A stretch of DNA of 63,986 nucleotides, filler included, from Octopus bimaculoides (lineage: Eukaryota): the NCBI RefSeq assembly GCF_001194135.2. It is 5 parts of 5 records of this genome, joined end to end, with 100 filler letters (N's around TTAATTAATTAA, not from the genome) between each part and the next. Parts side by side here need not be neighbours in the genome. Positions count along the whole stretch, not along the records: positions 1 to 22,985 come from NC_068993.1; 4 more parts are not named here. One strand, written 5' to 3'. The notes below the pieces were generated by a model that saw only the letters and a list, made by a program, of their open reading frames with translations, ran no database searches and was not told the origin of the DNA. Within the stretch, counting starts at the first letter, position 1. Every line of letters starts with the position of its first letter. The translations under genes were made by a program, and so were the position numbers. This document shows, piece after piece, positions 1 to 13,169 of this stretch.

Positions 1-332
1 TATATATATATACACATCGATACTCACACATATACACATGTATCTATCCGTGTGTGTGTATGTGTGTATAAATATATATATATATATATACACATATATA
101 TACATACATACACATATATACACATACACACACACACATATGTATACATGCATATGATTTTGGTTGTCTCTCTCTCTCTGTGTATGTAAACATGCATTCC
201 TATAGTTATTTTTTGTTCTTCCTGAATATACCAAAACACTTATTTCTGGAACCTCTGTGTATGTGTGATTCATATCTTTGTTTACACATACACACACTAA
301 CATCTTCACATATACCTGCATTTATATATGTA

Positions 333-374
<42 letters not shown>

Positions 375-657
375 NNNNNNNNNNNNNNNNNNNNNNNNNN
401 NNNNNNNNNNNNNNNNNNNNNNNNNNNNNNNNNNNNNNNNNNNNNNNNNNNNNNNNNNNNNNNNNNNNNNNNNNNNNNNNNNNNNNNNNNNNNNNNNNNN
501 NNNNNNNNNNNNNNNNNNNNNNNNNNNNNNNNNNNNNNNNNNNNNNNNNNNNNNNNNNNNNNNNNNNNNNNNNNNNNNNNNNNNNNNNNNNNNNNNNNNN
601 NNNNNNNNNNNNNNNNNNNNNNNNNNNNNNNNNNNNNNNNNNNNNNNNNNNNNNNNN

Positions 658-709
<52 letters not shown>

Positions 710-1037
710 TCACTCTCTCTCTCACACACACATCTTTCAACCAGAAGTATCAGTACACACTACATTCTGCCATGGAGCAAACGCAGTCCCTTCTAGTGTT
801 CCCCTGTTTTATCTATCTATCAAGCCCCATTGTTTCCCATTATCACCATCTTGCTGGGTGGCACACAACCAAAAACAACAGCAACAACACCAAAAATGTC
901 TCCATTATTTTCCACAACATACACATAGTCTCTCACTCTCTCTCTCTTTCTCCCACCCATCTCTCTTTCTCTGTCTCTGTCTATCTGTATATTTATCTTT
1001 CTACATATCTATCCATCTGTCTATAACTTTCAACCAA

Positions 1038-1039
<2 letters not shown>

Positions 1040-1104
<65 letters not shown>

Positions 1105-1133
1105 CTCTATCTATCTATCTATCTGTGTACTTT

Positions 1134-1180
<47 letters not shown>
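1040..1180. repeat. (ATCT)n then (CT)n microsatellites
   Basis: Direct reading. Confidence 0.95.
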
Positions 1181-1985
1181 TCACACCTCTCTTTCCCTCC
1201 TCTTTCCTGTTTTGTCAGTTTCTTCCACCACCATCGTTCCTCTCAACTTTGAGATAAATTTCTTCAAAATCTAGCTTCATGTCTTCATTTCATTTATTTT
1301 ACCAAGAGTTACACGTTAATTCTCTTTTAAACATCCACTGCTTATCTCAGTCCACTTTTGCTTATCAAAGATCCAACTTAAAGAAAGAAGGATGCTATCA
1401 ATTTTTTTTTTTTTTTCTATCTTCTAAAGATTTCATTCTTCTTCTTAGCACCACCACACTTCTTTGTTTGCATTTTTTGCTGTAATTTTTTTTTAATTTA
1501 GTTAGTTTTTTTTTTTTTTACATTTTTCTTCTTTTAATCTGAGGAATTAATTGACACAGTCCATGTATTATAACTTCAGTTTTTTTTTTTCAGATTTTTT
1601 TTGCTTTGTTTTGACAATTTTTTAAGAAATATTCTGTCTGGTGTGTATGTGAGGGGCCTGGTTCTGTTTTAGTTATTTTGTTTGACACCCACCCCATTCT
1701 CCCACCTTCTTTGTACCTGTCCTGAACAAAAGCCTCTGATCATATTGTGCACCAGCCTATGTAGGTCTCCAGGGATTATGTTACCAGTCTGTTAGGTACT
1801 ACACCACTAGTTTCAGTGGAGAACCAGTTAGTTTGTCTGGCTTGTTTGTTTTTCAGGCTGAGATTGTTCCTAACAAGTGCATGTAAACAAAAGACGTTGA
1901 ACTCCCAGAGGAGCCCCTGTCAAACGGCCCTGCCATAACGACAACAAGAACAACAACAATCATAATAATAGTGATGATAATAATA

Positions 1986-2569
1986 TTCCTTTCTACTATA
2001 GGCACAAGGACTGAAATTTTGAGGGGAGGGGTGAGTCGATTTCATCAGCCCCAGTGCTCGACTGGTACTTAATCGACTCCAAAAGGATAAAAGACAAAGT
2101 CAACCTTGGTAGAATTTGAACTCAGAACGTAGAGACAGACGAAATGCTGCTGACATTATGTTTAGCATGTTAACAATTCTGTCAGCCCGCCACCTAAATC
2201 ATAATAATAATAATGGTTTCAAATTTTACCACAAAGGCAGCAATTTTGAGAGAGGGGATAAGCCGATTTCATCAACCTCAGTGTCCTACTGGTACTTATT
2301 TTATCGACCCTGAAAGGATGAAAGGTAAAGTAAACCTTGGTGGAATTTGAACTCAGAACATAGCGACGGGTGAAATACAATCATGATAATAATAACAATA
2401 ATGATTTCTAATTTTGGCTGAAGGCCAACAGGTTTGGAAGAGGGGATAAGTCAATTACATCGACCCTAGTGTCCAACTAGTACTTGTTTCATCGACCCCC
2501 AAAAAGCAAAGTTGACTTGGGTGGAATTTAAACTCAGAACGTAAAGACAAACAAAATGCCACCCAGTGA

Positions 2570-2575
<6 letters not shown>
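1986..2575 (-). mobile_element. Tandem cluster of three family A tRNA-derived SINEs separated by (AAT)n
   Basis: Reverse complement of the ggcggcgagctggcagaatcgttagc...gagttcaaattc...gtcgactttgcctttcatcc family. Confidence 0.8.
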
Positions 2576-2615
<40 letters not shown>

Positions 2616-2616
<1 letters not shown>

Positions 2617-2860
2617 TCATAGTAGGCGCCTTAGGTATAATAAAAAAATATTCAGACAAATACATAACAAAAACACCAGGACTTACAAATATATATAACA
2701 TACAGAAAATTGCACTACTGGGTACTGCACACATTCTACGCAAAACACTTTCAATACAGTAAACATAAGAGCACCACAGCAAACCATAGCACATACCCAA
2801 GGCGCACAGAGCTGCACTCAGTAGTGAAGTGAAAGCACGTTATAAAAATAAGACTACTGA
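2616..2860 (+). mobile_element. 5'-truncated R4/Dong-like non-LTR retrotransposon 3' end
   Basis: IVGALGIIKK...IQKIALLGTAHILRKTLSIQ-stop, typical of the REL-endonuclease C-terminus. Flanked by (AAT)n. Near-identical to 40738-40981. Confidence 0.8.
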
Positions 2861-2870
2861 ACAATAATAA

Positions 2871-3020
2871 TATTGAGAAATACCTTAAGAATGAGAACCC
2901 AGGTTCGAAATTTCCCCAAGACACCTGATGAAGGCTGGAGGGTATATCAGCCGAAATATTGTGTTAACAACAAGCAGAATCAGGACAAATATCCATCAAA
3001 TGTAAATAATGTACATAATT
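2871..3020 (+). mobile_element. PLE-derived 3' tail fragment carrying an HHR
   Basis: Contains the HHR at 2920. Pieces of the same repeat recur at 30926-30962 (cagccgaaccgttgtgttaacaac) and about 62040-62090 (aatgtaaataatgtacata). PLE origin is inferred from the HHR type. Confidence 0.6.
2920..2965 (+). ncRNA. Type I minimal hammerhead ribozyme motif in a short PLE-tail fragment
   Basis: GACAC-CTGATGA-A-GGCTG(gagggtatat)CAGCC-GAAA-TA-T-T^GTGTT. Stem I GACAC/GTGTT, 5-bp stem II, palindromic AATATT as stem III. Confidence 0.8.
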
Positions 3021-3123
3021 ACTTAGCTAAAAAAAGAAAAAAGATGAAATACTGCTAAGCATTTTGCCCAACTTGCAAACGATTCTGCCAACTCACTGCC
3101 TGAATAATAACAATAATAATAAC

Positions 3124-3157
<34 letters not shown>

Positions 3158-3319
3158 GAAAAAAATAATGTGGTGATAATTTTAGCATGCACAGCAAAAC
3201 AAAAGTGCCCTTGCTACACTTGGCTTTCGGAGGACGTCTGGTACTAATATAGCTGAAATAAAGTTACGATGAAAGGAAACCATAATAGTTATACTACTTA
3301 TAATAATAATAATAATAAT

Positions 3320-3872
<553 letters not shown>

Positions 3873-3982
3873 AGTAATATTAATAATAGATAATAATAAT
3901 AATAATTACCAATTCAAACACACTCACTCCTCTGTGTGTGTCTGTGGCAGGACAGGTGTCACTTATTTCGAATAATTTATAG

Positions 3983-4247
3983 CAGTGGTTTTCAAACTGT
4001 GGTCCACGGACCACAGGGGGTCCGTAGACAGCAAATACTTTTTATGGGCAATTTGATTTTATATATGTTTTTTAATCGAAATCTTTTAATTGACAATAAA
4101 CCTGTTTGTTAAATAAATAAATGCAAAAATATATGTTATTTTAAGCAAATATTTATGTATAAATTTCATAAGCATTTATAAGGGGGTCCCTAAGGTAAAG
4201 CCTGAAATATAGAGGGATCCGCAAGTCAAAAAGTTTGAAAACCCCTG
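3983..4247. mobile_element. hAT-type MITE with perfect 8-bp TSD
   Basis: TIRs CAGTGGTTTTCAAACT / AGTTTGAAAACCCCTG; ATTTATAG at 3975-3982 and 4248-4255. Confidence 0.92.
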
Positions 4248-4743
4248 ATTTATAGCAAGTCAAAATGCTATCTAATGCTACAAGGTGCAGTGACTCTTTA
4301 TTGCATGTATGGAAATGACCACAAATCTCCACAGTATTTTTCACATCATACTTTTGTTCATTGTTTATAATTCACATACATTGGTTGTACAGATTCAGTT
4401 TTTGTTTATTTACTTACACTCATTTCAAAATCTATTATTGTGGTTAACAAGCAATATATAATTCTGTAACATTTATTAAAAATAGAAATAAAACTTTACA
4501 ATTGCAGTCATTGCCCCCATTGTCACTAATACACTAATGCTCTCTTTATCTGGAGTATTCTTATAAAATTATCCATTGCCTCCTGACGGGTGTTACTACC
4601 CACCTTGGAAAGAACTAATATATATTACCTGCCTAATAAGATACACACTGCCATTTACCCGATCATCATTTCTGATTGTGCAGCCCTGTTGTCTGGTACT
4701 TATGCTATCAATCTCTTTTACTGAACTGCTACATTACAGGGGT

Positions 4744-5117
4744 GGAGGCGCAATGGCCCAGTGGTTAGGGCAGCGGTCATAGGATTGCGGTTTCGATTCC
4801 CAGACCAGGCGTCGTGAGTGTTTATTGAGCGAAAACACCTAAAGCTCCACGAGGCTCCGGCAGGGGACGGTGGCGAACCCTGCTGTACTCTTTCACCACA
4901 ACTTTCTCTCACTCTTACTTCCTGTTTCTCTTGTGCCTGTAATTCAAAGGGTCAGCCTTGTCACACTGTGTCACGCTGAATATCCCCGAGAACTATGTTA
5001 AGGGTACACATGTCTGTGGAGTGCTCAGCCACTTGCACGTTAATTTCATGAGCAGGCTGTTCCGTTGATCGGATCAACTGGAACCCTCGACATCGTAAGC
5101 GACGGAGTGCCAACAAC
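4744..5117 (+). mobile_element. tRNA-derived SINE, family C (other copies approx. 38655-39108 +, 39826-40147 -, 38000-38250 -, 59795-60110 -; related 32683-32921 -)
   Basis: A box TGGCCCAGTGGTTAGG, B box GGTTTCGATTCCC; several dispersed near-identical copies. Confidence 0.85.
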
Positions 5118-5532
5118 ATTACAGGGACATAAGCAGTCTAATACCAGTTGTCAAGTGGTTGGGAGGAGTGGTGACAAACACCTCCACCACACATGATAAG
5201 CTTCTGCACAGTTTCCCTGTACCAAATTCACTCACAAGGCATTGTTTAGTCCTGAGCTATTGTAGAAGATACTTGCCCAAGGTGCTGTGCAGTGGGACTG
5301 ATCCCCAAACCATATGGTTGCTAAGTGAACTTCCTAACCACACAGTCATGCTTGCACTTTGATTTCCACTTTTATAGTCATAGAATATGGAAAATTCTAC
5401 ATGTCTTTCAGAACCCCATAGAGAACCCTGTTGTCCATAAAAATATAACAATAAACTGCCTCCCCTGTAGCTGTGGTGGGGGGGCAGTGGCAAGGAAACA
5501 ATTTTGGAGAACAAACAATGTGCTAAAAGTTA

Positions 5533-5700
5533 CCGTATTTTAATATGTATAAGGAACAGTTTTTTGTCAAAAATTAGGTTAAAAAAATATGGGAGTTTTT
5601 TTATACATGGATAGTATTATAATTACTTAGAAAACCTTTTTTTTTTCCAAATTTTAAGCCCCAAAAATTAGTGGGGTTCCTTATACACATTAAAATACTG
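5533..5700. mobile_element. Tc1/mariner-type MITE
   Basis: TA-CCGTATTTTAATATGTATAAGGAAC ... GTTCCTTATACACATTAAAATACTG-TA. Confidence 0.82.
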
Positions 5701-5955
5701 TAATTTATTTCCATTGTTTTGAATGTATCATGCATTATCTCACAGCTTTGACATTTCGATTATGTGGCTATATATTTTTAGGATGACATTGTAGGGTAGG
5801 TGTGAGAAGCTGAAGCTGGCTGGTCTGACATAAAACATGTAGAATATCAGCTCGAGACAACTGGTTTAAATACTGTAGGATTCATATCCATTTTACATTC
5901 TTGGTCAAATTTCTAAATATATTTCTAACTGTTTTTTTTTTTCTTTTCTTTGCAG

Positions 5956-6116
5956 CCAACTTTAGGTGTGAGCCCACCCAACAAAGCCTTATTATTTGTC
6001 ATTGCTTCTCCTGTTGGACCCTATTTTCCTACAGGCATAAAACCAGTTACCTTAATGGCTGACCCCAGATACGTTCGATCATGGCCAGGAGGTCCTGGGG
6101 AATATAAAATAGGATC
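5956..6116 (+). CDS. BCAT: BCAT coding exon (first in window): [53 protein letters not shown](S)
   Basis: tttgcag acceptor at 5955, gtaagt donor at 6117; 161 nt, phase 0 to 2. Peptide matches the BCAT region before and including the PLP Schiff-base Lys (AAA 6106-6108). Confidence 0.95.
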
Positions 6117-6289
6117 GTAAGTAGCAAATTTGTTTTGTTTTTGTCTTTGTATTTATTCTTTTTTTTTTTGTCTTTTATTTGTTGCAGCCATTGGACAACA
6201 GCTTTGTTGGGACACTGCCTTCTAGGGGTTAGTCACACTAATCAACTTCGCAACTGATAAACATGGTAAACTGGATGTAAGGTGTAAGA

Positions 6290-6530
6290 TGATGATGGAG
6301 GTAGTGGTGGTGGTGGAAATGGTGGCTTCTTGGCAATAGTGGTAGTGTTGTTAGTGGTGATGGTGGTGGTAGCTGTTGTAGCAATGATGATGATGATGAT
6401 GATGGAGGTGGTGGTGGAGATGGTGGCTTCCTGGTAGTAGTGGTAGTGTTGGTTACCCTGATAGTATTATTAGTGGTGATGGTGGTGGTAGCTGTTGCAG
6501 CAACGGGGATGATGACGATGATGATGGTCC
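6290..6530. repeat. Degenerate GGT/GAT-rich tandem duplication (~110-nt unit x2)
   Basis: ggtggtgg..atggtggcttc.tgg...gtggtgatggtggtggtagctgttg.agcaa..gatgatga occurs twice. Confidence 0.7.
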
Positions 6531-9500
6531 CTTGTATCACTACTCAGATTATCTTGCTTGATACGTTTGTTTCCCAACCACGTGGTTGCAGGTTCAGTCC
6601 CACTGTATGACACCATGGTACGTATTTTCTATTGTAGGCCCCCACCCAGCCCCCAACCAACCAAGGTCTTGTGAGAGATTTGATAGACAGAACTGAAAAA
6701 AAATAAATAAATAAAGGCCCATTGATAACATAAATATATACAGATAAGTCTGTCTATATATGAGTGTGTATATCAGTGGCGACTCTGGTACTTGGGCTGT
6801 TCGGGCTTAGTCCAAATATGAATTTAGTGAAGTGCACATGTATTTGCAAGCTGATTTAATTTCTGCCAACACTGACTTCAAGTATGTAATTGCAGCCAAT
6901 AACTCAGGCTCCTTTTATTGAGCCTGGTCGCAGTTCATTTATTTTCATTCAGCATCTGGCAGTCATCTTAAAGGTGCCCTGTGTCAAAAAATATCATTCA
7001 TAGCAGACGTTCTCTCGACATCGTTCACACGTGTCTGATTTGGGCTCAGAAGTTACAGCCCGAGTTTTTTATCTATAATCGTAAAAATTGAAAATAATTC
7101 AAATTCAATGTTTTCTTAAAATAATAAATTTCTGTAGGATTTAAATTCCAATCTATGAAAAGTTTCTTTTCTACGATATTCTTAAAGGAACGAAAAATTA
7201 TCCAGCAACTCGGATTAATAGGAATGACCCTAATAGGTGTAAAAGACTAACTGGCATCTCTTGTCAAGAGTAAAGGCAACAGTCAGATCGTTGATGTTTG
7301 TTGAGCACTCTGCTGTCGTAATTTAATTGCTGTTATTCTGTTCGTCTGTGTGTAAAGATCAGTTGTGTTTTGCAGGGTTGCTTTATTTTAGCCCTTAACT
7401 TAGAAATGGAGAAAGACATAGTGCTAAATATAGAAAATAAGCTGTTTGGGCTAGAAACATTGCAGAAAACATGAAATTCTTCAAACAGGCATGTCTTAGG
7501 CAAAATCTGTGATGAGCCCAAGTGACGCTGATGACCTGGAGTCGCCTCTGGTGTATATATATGTGTTGCCGTCTTGTCTCCCTTGTCTTGATATCGCATG
7601 ATTATTGTAAATGAGTGTCACTATCGTACAAGCCGTGTCCTTTGTTTTCAATATACTTTGAACATATGTCGCATCATGAGAAACTGGAAACAAGCTGGAG
7701 CTGGTGACAGGAATGAATCAAACTCTATGAACTGAGGTTTTCTATAACCATATTTTCTTCCTCTTGCCAACCCTCTCCTGTTTCCAAACCAGGTAATATT
7801 TCCTTCTGACTGGACATCTTTTCACAGAAGACTAGAAATGAGGAACGGTAACACTTGCTTTATAACCATTACTTGATGTCAAGACTAGGAGACACAAATA
7901 CTAACACACAAGTACCTATACATAGACATGTGGAATTAAAAGCACCCGTGCTGGTAGCACGTTAAGGCGCACCCATTACACTCTTGGAGGGGCTGACATT
8001 TAGGAAGGGCATCCAGCCTTAGAAACCAAGCCAAATCAGACAAACACACACATACAAACATATACACACACATACATATATATATATACATATATACGAC
8101 GAGCTTCTTTCAGTTTCCGTCTACCAAATCCACTCACAAGGCTTTGGTCGACCCGAGGCTATAGTAGAAGACACTTGCCCAAGATGCCACGCAGTGGGAC
8201 TGAACCCGGGACCATGTGGTTGGTAAGCTAGCTCCTTACCACACACCCACTCCTACGCCTATACGAATACTAAACGTCAAGAAAATTTACACCGTGAAAA
8301 TTCACATTTGGTTTTGCCTGTCACCCCGAGAAGATTGATAAAATACCTNNNNNNNNNNNNNNNNNNNNNNNNNNNNNNNNNNNNNNNNNNNNNNNNNNNN
8401 NNNNNNNNNNNNNNNNNNNNNNNNNNNNNNNNNNNNNNNNNNNNNNNNNNNNNNNNNNNNNNNNNNNNNNNNNNNNNNNNNNNNNNNNNNNNNNNNNNNN
8501 NNNNNNNNNNNNNNNNNNNNNNNNNNNNNNNNNNNNNNNNNNNNNNNNNNNNNNNNNNNNNNNNNNNNNNNNNNNNNNNNNNNNNNNNNNNNNNNNNNNN
8601 NNNNNNNNNNNNNNNNNNNNNNNNNNNNNNNNNNNNNNNNNNNNNNNNNNNNNNNNNNNNNNNNNNNNNNNNNNNNNNNNNNNNNNNNNNNNNNNNNNNN
8701 NNNNNNNNNNNNNNNNNNNNNNNNNNNNNNNNNNNNNNNNNNNNNNNNNNNNNNNNNNNNNNNNNNNNNNNNNNNNNNNNNNNNNNNNNNNNNNNNNNNN
8801 NNNNNNNNNNNNNNNNNNNNNNNNNNNNNNNNNNNNNNNNNNNNNNNNNNNNNNNNNNNNNNNNNNNNNNNNNNNNNNNNNNNNNNNNNNNNNNNNNNNN
8901 NNNNNNNNNNNNNNNNNNNNNNNNNNNNNNNNNNNNNNNNNNNNNNNNNNNNNNNNNNNNNNNNNNNNNNNNNNNNNNNNNNNNNNNNNNNNNNNNNNNN
9001 NNNNNNNNNNNNNNNNNNNNNNNNNNNNNNNNNNNNNNNNNNNNNNNNNNNNNNNNNNNNNNNNNNNNNNNNNNNNNNNNNNNNNNNNNNNNNNNNNNNN
9101 NNNNNNNNNNNNNNNNNNNNNNNNNNNNAACTTTCATTCAAGAGTTGAAATCAAATTTGAGAATGAAGCAATATTTTTTTTGATAAATTAGACGGGCAGC
9201 TTTTTTTTTTTTCCCACAAGAATAGACATTTTATCGTCGTCGTCATTGTCATCAATTGTCTCCCATTGGAGCTGCACCTTCTGAAGAAAGACTAAATGTG
9301 TCATTTGGTTTATGGTTGGTTGCCTTTACTAATAGCAACTATTTTACAAAGCATACTGATTGCACTTCTGCATGGTACCAATACTAGAAAGATTGAATTA
9401 TCCTTGGTGAGACTGGACTTGAACTGCATAATCGTATGTTTACTCTGAGCTGAAGAAAACTTCAAGAGAATATAATAAATAGTAATAATAAACTTATGGT

Positions 9501-10050
9501 ATACAGTGCTCAGGTGCACTGCAGCTCATCAGAAAAAGTAACCAAAACTGCATGAACAGTACATAGAATATGCACAGGGAGTGAACAGTGTAAAAGTCTT
9601 TAAAAATAAAAATTGGGTTGGGAGCTTCAGGTGTACTGCAGCAAATTTCAGGAAGCATGGAAGCTTTGAAGGATGCAGTGTCCTGACAGCTAACAACTTC
9701 AGCAATTCTGTGCATGAAAAATCTTTGTGAAAGTCGTGTGCTATGCTTTATTTTTTTATTTTGTTATCATGTCCACGAGTGTTAGACATGGAATCCAAAA
9801 TGGTGCCCATGGTTGTTGTTGGAAAGATGGTGGATAATATAATCTTGTGAGTGTCAACCAAGTCAGTTGCCAGATGTCAAAGCTTTAATGTATAAGTTAG
9901 CAGTGTCCTTTTAAACACCGGCCTCATGAGTGGTGACCCAGCTTTACTCTAATTTGCTTCGGATAAATGGCTAGACTGTTTTTTAGATTTGTTATTTGTA
10001 TGGAAAACATGAGAGTTCTCTGATTACTCACTCTTATCTTACTTTTACAG

Positions 10051-10193
10051 GAACTATGCTCCCACGTTATTGCCACAAGTTGAAGCTTTTCAGCAGAATT
10101 GCCAGCAAGTTCTCTGGTTGTTTGGAGAGGATCACCAATTGACAGAAGTTGGCACCATGAATCTCTTCATCTATTGGATTAACGACGACGGAG
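10051..10193 (+). CDS. BCAT: BCAT coding exon: (S)[47 protein letters not shown]
   Basis: ttttacag acceptor, GT donor at 10194; 143 nt, phase 2 to 1. Has the QQVLWL and TEVGTMN motifs of BCAT1/2. Confidence 0.96.
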
Positions 10194-10459
10194 GTCGGTA
10201 TTAAAGAAATCTTATATAGCCACAGGCAAAATAAAACAATACTAATAATGATTTCAAATTTTGCCCCAAGGCCACTAATTTTGTGGGAGTGGATAAGTCA
10301 GTTACATCAACCCCAGTGTTCAGCTTCAAAGGACAAAAGGCAAAGTCAACCTTGACAAAATTCAAATTCAGAACATAAAGATGGATGAAAAGCTATGAAG
10401 CATTTTGGCCAGTATTCTAACAATTCTGCCAGCTCACCACAATAATAATAATAATAATA

Positions 10460-11200
10460 TCAAAGTCATCAGCTACACAGATTACAGATTTGTGATCTGC
10501 ACAGTCGACCTAGATAGGATTCATATGTAGGGCCCCAGCTACTGGTAGCTGAATGCGGCTTTCCTAGCGCTTCAAGCATTTAGAAGCAATACCATGTTTC
10601 TGGGGAGAAACTCAAGTGAGGAGAGCTCAGTGACAGGGGTGCATTGTCATCGTGAAGAATCCAATTCTTCTTGCTCCACAGATCCGGTCGCTTTCACCAA
10701 ATGTCCTCCCTCAGACACTACAAAACATGGCAGTAGAACTCTCAACTGACATTCTGGCCCTGGGGGATGAATTCTCAACGCACAATACCACTTTTCTGGG
10801 GGTGATGCTTGTAGCAGGTCTTCCAGATTGCTTATCATCTTCCAGGGATGTTCTTTCACTTTTGAAGTGCCCATACCACTTGAAACATTGCATACAACTC
10901 GTTGCCTCATCACCGTAAGCTTGCCAAAGCATGCTCAATATCTCTGTAGCAGAGTTTCCAAGTTTAACAGAAGATTTCACATTGGCTCTTTGTTCTTGTC
11001 CATGGCAAAATCGCAGACTACAGCATACACGTGATCACAAAAGCACAGATTCCACAACTTGTGAAGTAAACACTGTGATGTCACTTGGTACACTGCTTCA
11101 TAAAGGTCACTGCTAGCTCTCACTGTGCACACAACCATGTGCTACCATCTGTTGGCGCTACAGAACTAGTCCAGGAACTTTTTGATACCACCTTATATAC
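10460..11200 (-). mobile_element. Mariner deletion derivative
   Basis: VKLGNSATEILSMLWQAYGD..CFKWYGHFKSERTSLEDDKQSGRP (mariner HTH). TIR ctagtccaggaactttttgataccacc near 11167-11195. Left end uncertain. Confidence 0.8.
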
Positions 11201-11297
11201 ATTATTTTTATTTGTTCTTTAACTTGTTCTAGCCACCACTTCTTGCTTCAATATAGTAGTAATTGGTTTCCTTTACCTTTTTTTTTTTTTTTGACAG

Positions 11298-11383
11298 AGA
11301 AAGAACTAATCACACCTCCTCTCAATGGACTCATCTTACCTGGAGTCACCCGGAGAAGTCTTTTAGAATTGGCCCGTGGTTGG
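11298..11383 (+). CDS. BCAT: BCAT coding exon: (E)[28 protein letters not shown]
   Basis: Poly-T/gacag acceptor, gtatgt donor; 86 nt, phase 1 to 0. Has the ILPGVTR motif of fold-type IV aminotransferases. Confidence 0.96.
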
Positions 11384-11443
11384 GTATGTATTTAGTTTCA
11401 GCAAGTCCTAAACTTCTTTTATAATTTTTTTTTACTCTCTCTC

Positions 11444-11518
<75 letters not shown>

Positions 11519-12133
11519 CTGTCTCTTTCTTTCTTCCTTTCTCTATATATCTCTGCTGACAAGGGGATTCCCTCCTCCACTGAAGGGTACATTGTATGAT
11601 GTTTGTGTATAAACTTCAATGCTGTTATCATGGTTGTAAGCTTTTGGCACTAAATACAGTGAACATGTAAAAGCTAGAAAAATTCTAGACAAACATATTC
11701 ATTGCTTGCATGAAATGTTAGTGTGCATGTAGACGTAGGCATGGCTATGAGGTTAAGATGCTCACCTTGCAGTTACATAGTTTTGAGTTCAGTCCTACTG
11801 CACAGCACCATAGGCAAGTATCTTCTACAAAAATCTTATTTCAACCAATGCCTTTTGAGTAAATTCAGTAGATAGAAACTGTGTGGAAGTTCATTGTATA
11901 AGTGTGTGTGTGTTTGTCACACATCCCTACCACCATTTTACAACCAGTGTTGGTTTGTTTACATCCCTATAACAGCAGTTCAGTTAAGAGACTGATAGAA
12001 TAAATACCAAACTTAACAAAAATATCACGGGGTTGATTCGTTCGACTAAAACCCTTCAAGACAGTGCCCCAGCATGGCCAGAGTCCAATGACTGAAACGG
12101 GTTAAAAGATAAAAAAATATATGTAACCATACA

Positions 12134-12196
<63 letters not shown>

Positions 12197-13092
12197 ATGT
12201 GTGTTTATGCAAATGTACGTGTGCGTGTGTCTCCTTGTTTTGACATTGCATGATAGTTGTAAGTGAGAGTCACTGTCATACAAGCAGTGTCATTCATTTC
12301 CAATATTCTGCATAAACATGTTTGGCCATCAGGAAATATTACTTCTCTTGGAAACGGGTATGGTTCGGTGACAGGAAGGGCCTCAGGGCTGTAGAAAATA
12401 TGTCTCAATAAATTCCATCTGACCTATACGAGGATGACAAACAGAACATCAGCTCGGTGATGATGATTGTAAAGGTGGTGATGGTGATTCTGTATGTATA
12501 TATGTATGTATGACAGGCTTCCACACAGTTTCTGTTTACCTAATTCACTCACATGACATTGGTTGAGCTGGGGTTGTAGTGGAACACACTTGCCTAAGGT
12601 GCTGTGCAGTGGAACTGAACATGAAATCACATGCTTCTTAACCACACAGCCACGTCTGTACTTATGTACATATAATTCCATATTTAAAAGTAATATCATA
12701 TATAAATGAAAAAAAAAAACCATGTGGCAGAGAAAGACTGGAAGAAATAGAAAGAGGAAGAGGAAGACAGTAATTCTTGGATTCTTAAGCATTTCAACAG
12801 AAGGGCAAAATAGATTCCTCAAAGTATAGACGGACAACAGAAGATGCTTCCTGTCTGTGACAGCCCGCAGCTTGTTGAAGTAAAGAAGGTTACAGTAACT
12901 GGCAGAATAATGATGCTGTGACATAGCAAAACATTGCGAGTAATTTATTCTGGGAACACTTTTTCTTCTACCGAATATTAGTTTCTTTGTGCACATCTTG
13001 ACCAACAGGCATATATTTGCTGCTGCAAAAAATGTGAAAACGGAAGGGAGAAAGAATAACTAAAGTCTCATCTGTGAAGACTCAACTCTTTA

Positions 13093-13123
<31 letters not shown>

Positions 13124-13126
13124 TAT

Positions 13127-13169
<43 letters not shown>

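Noticed and set aside
180-1274. Long ORF-track entries rich in YI/HT/CV/SL/N/I or X (here and throughout)
   Set aside because: Translations of microsatellites and N gaps.
4744-4810. tRNA-like A/B boxes (here and at other SINE heads)
   Set aside because: No complete cloverleaf; continues into SINE body, so not a tRNA gene.
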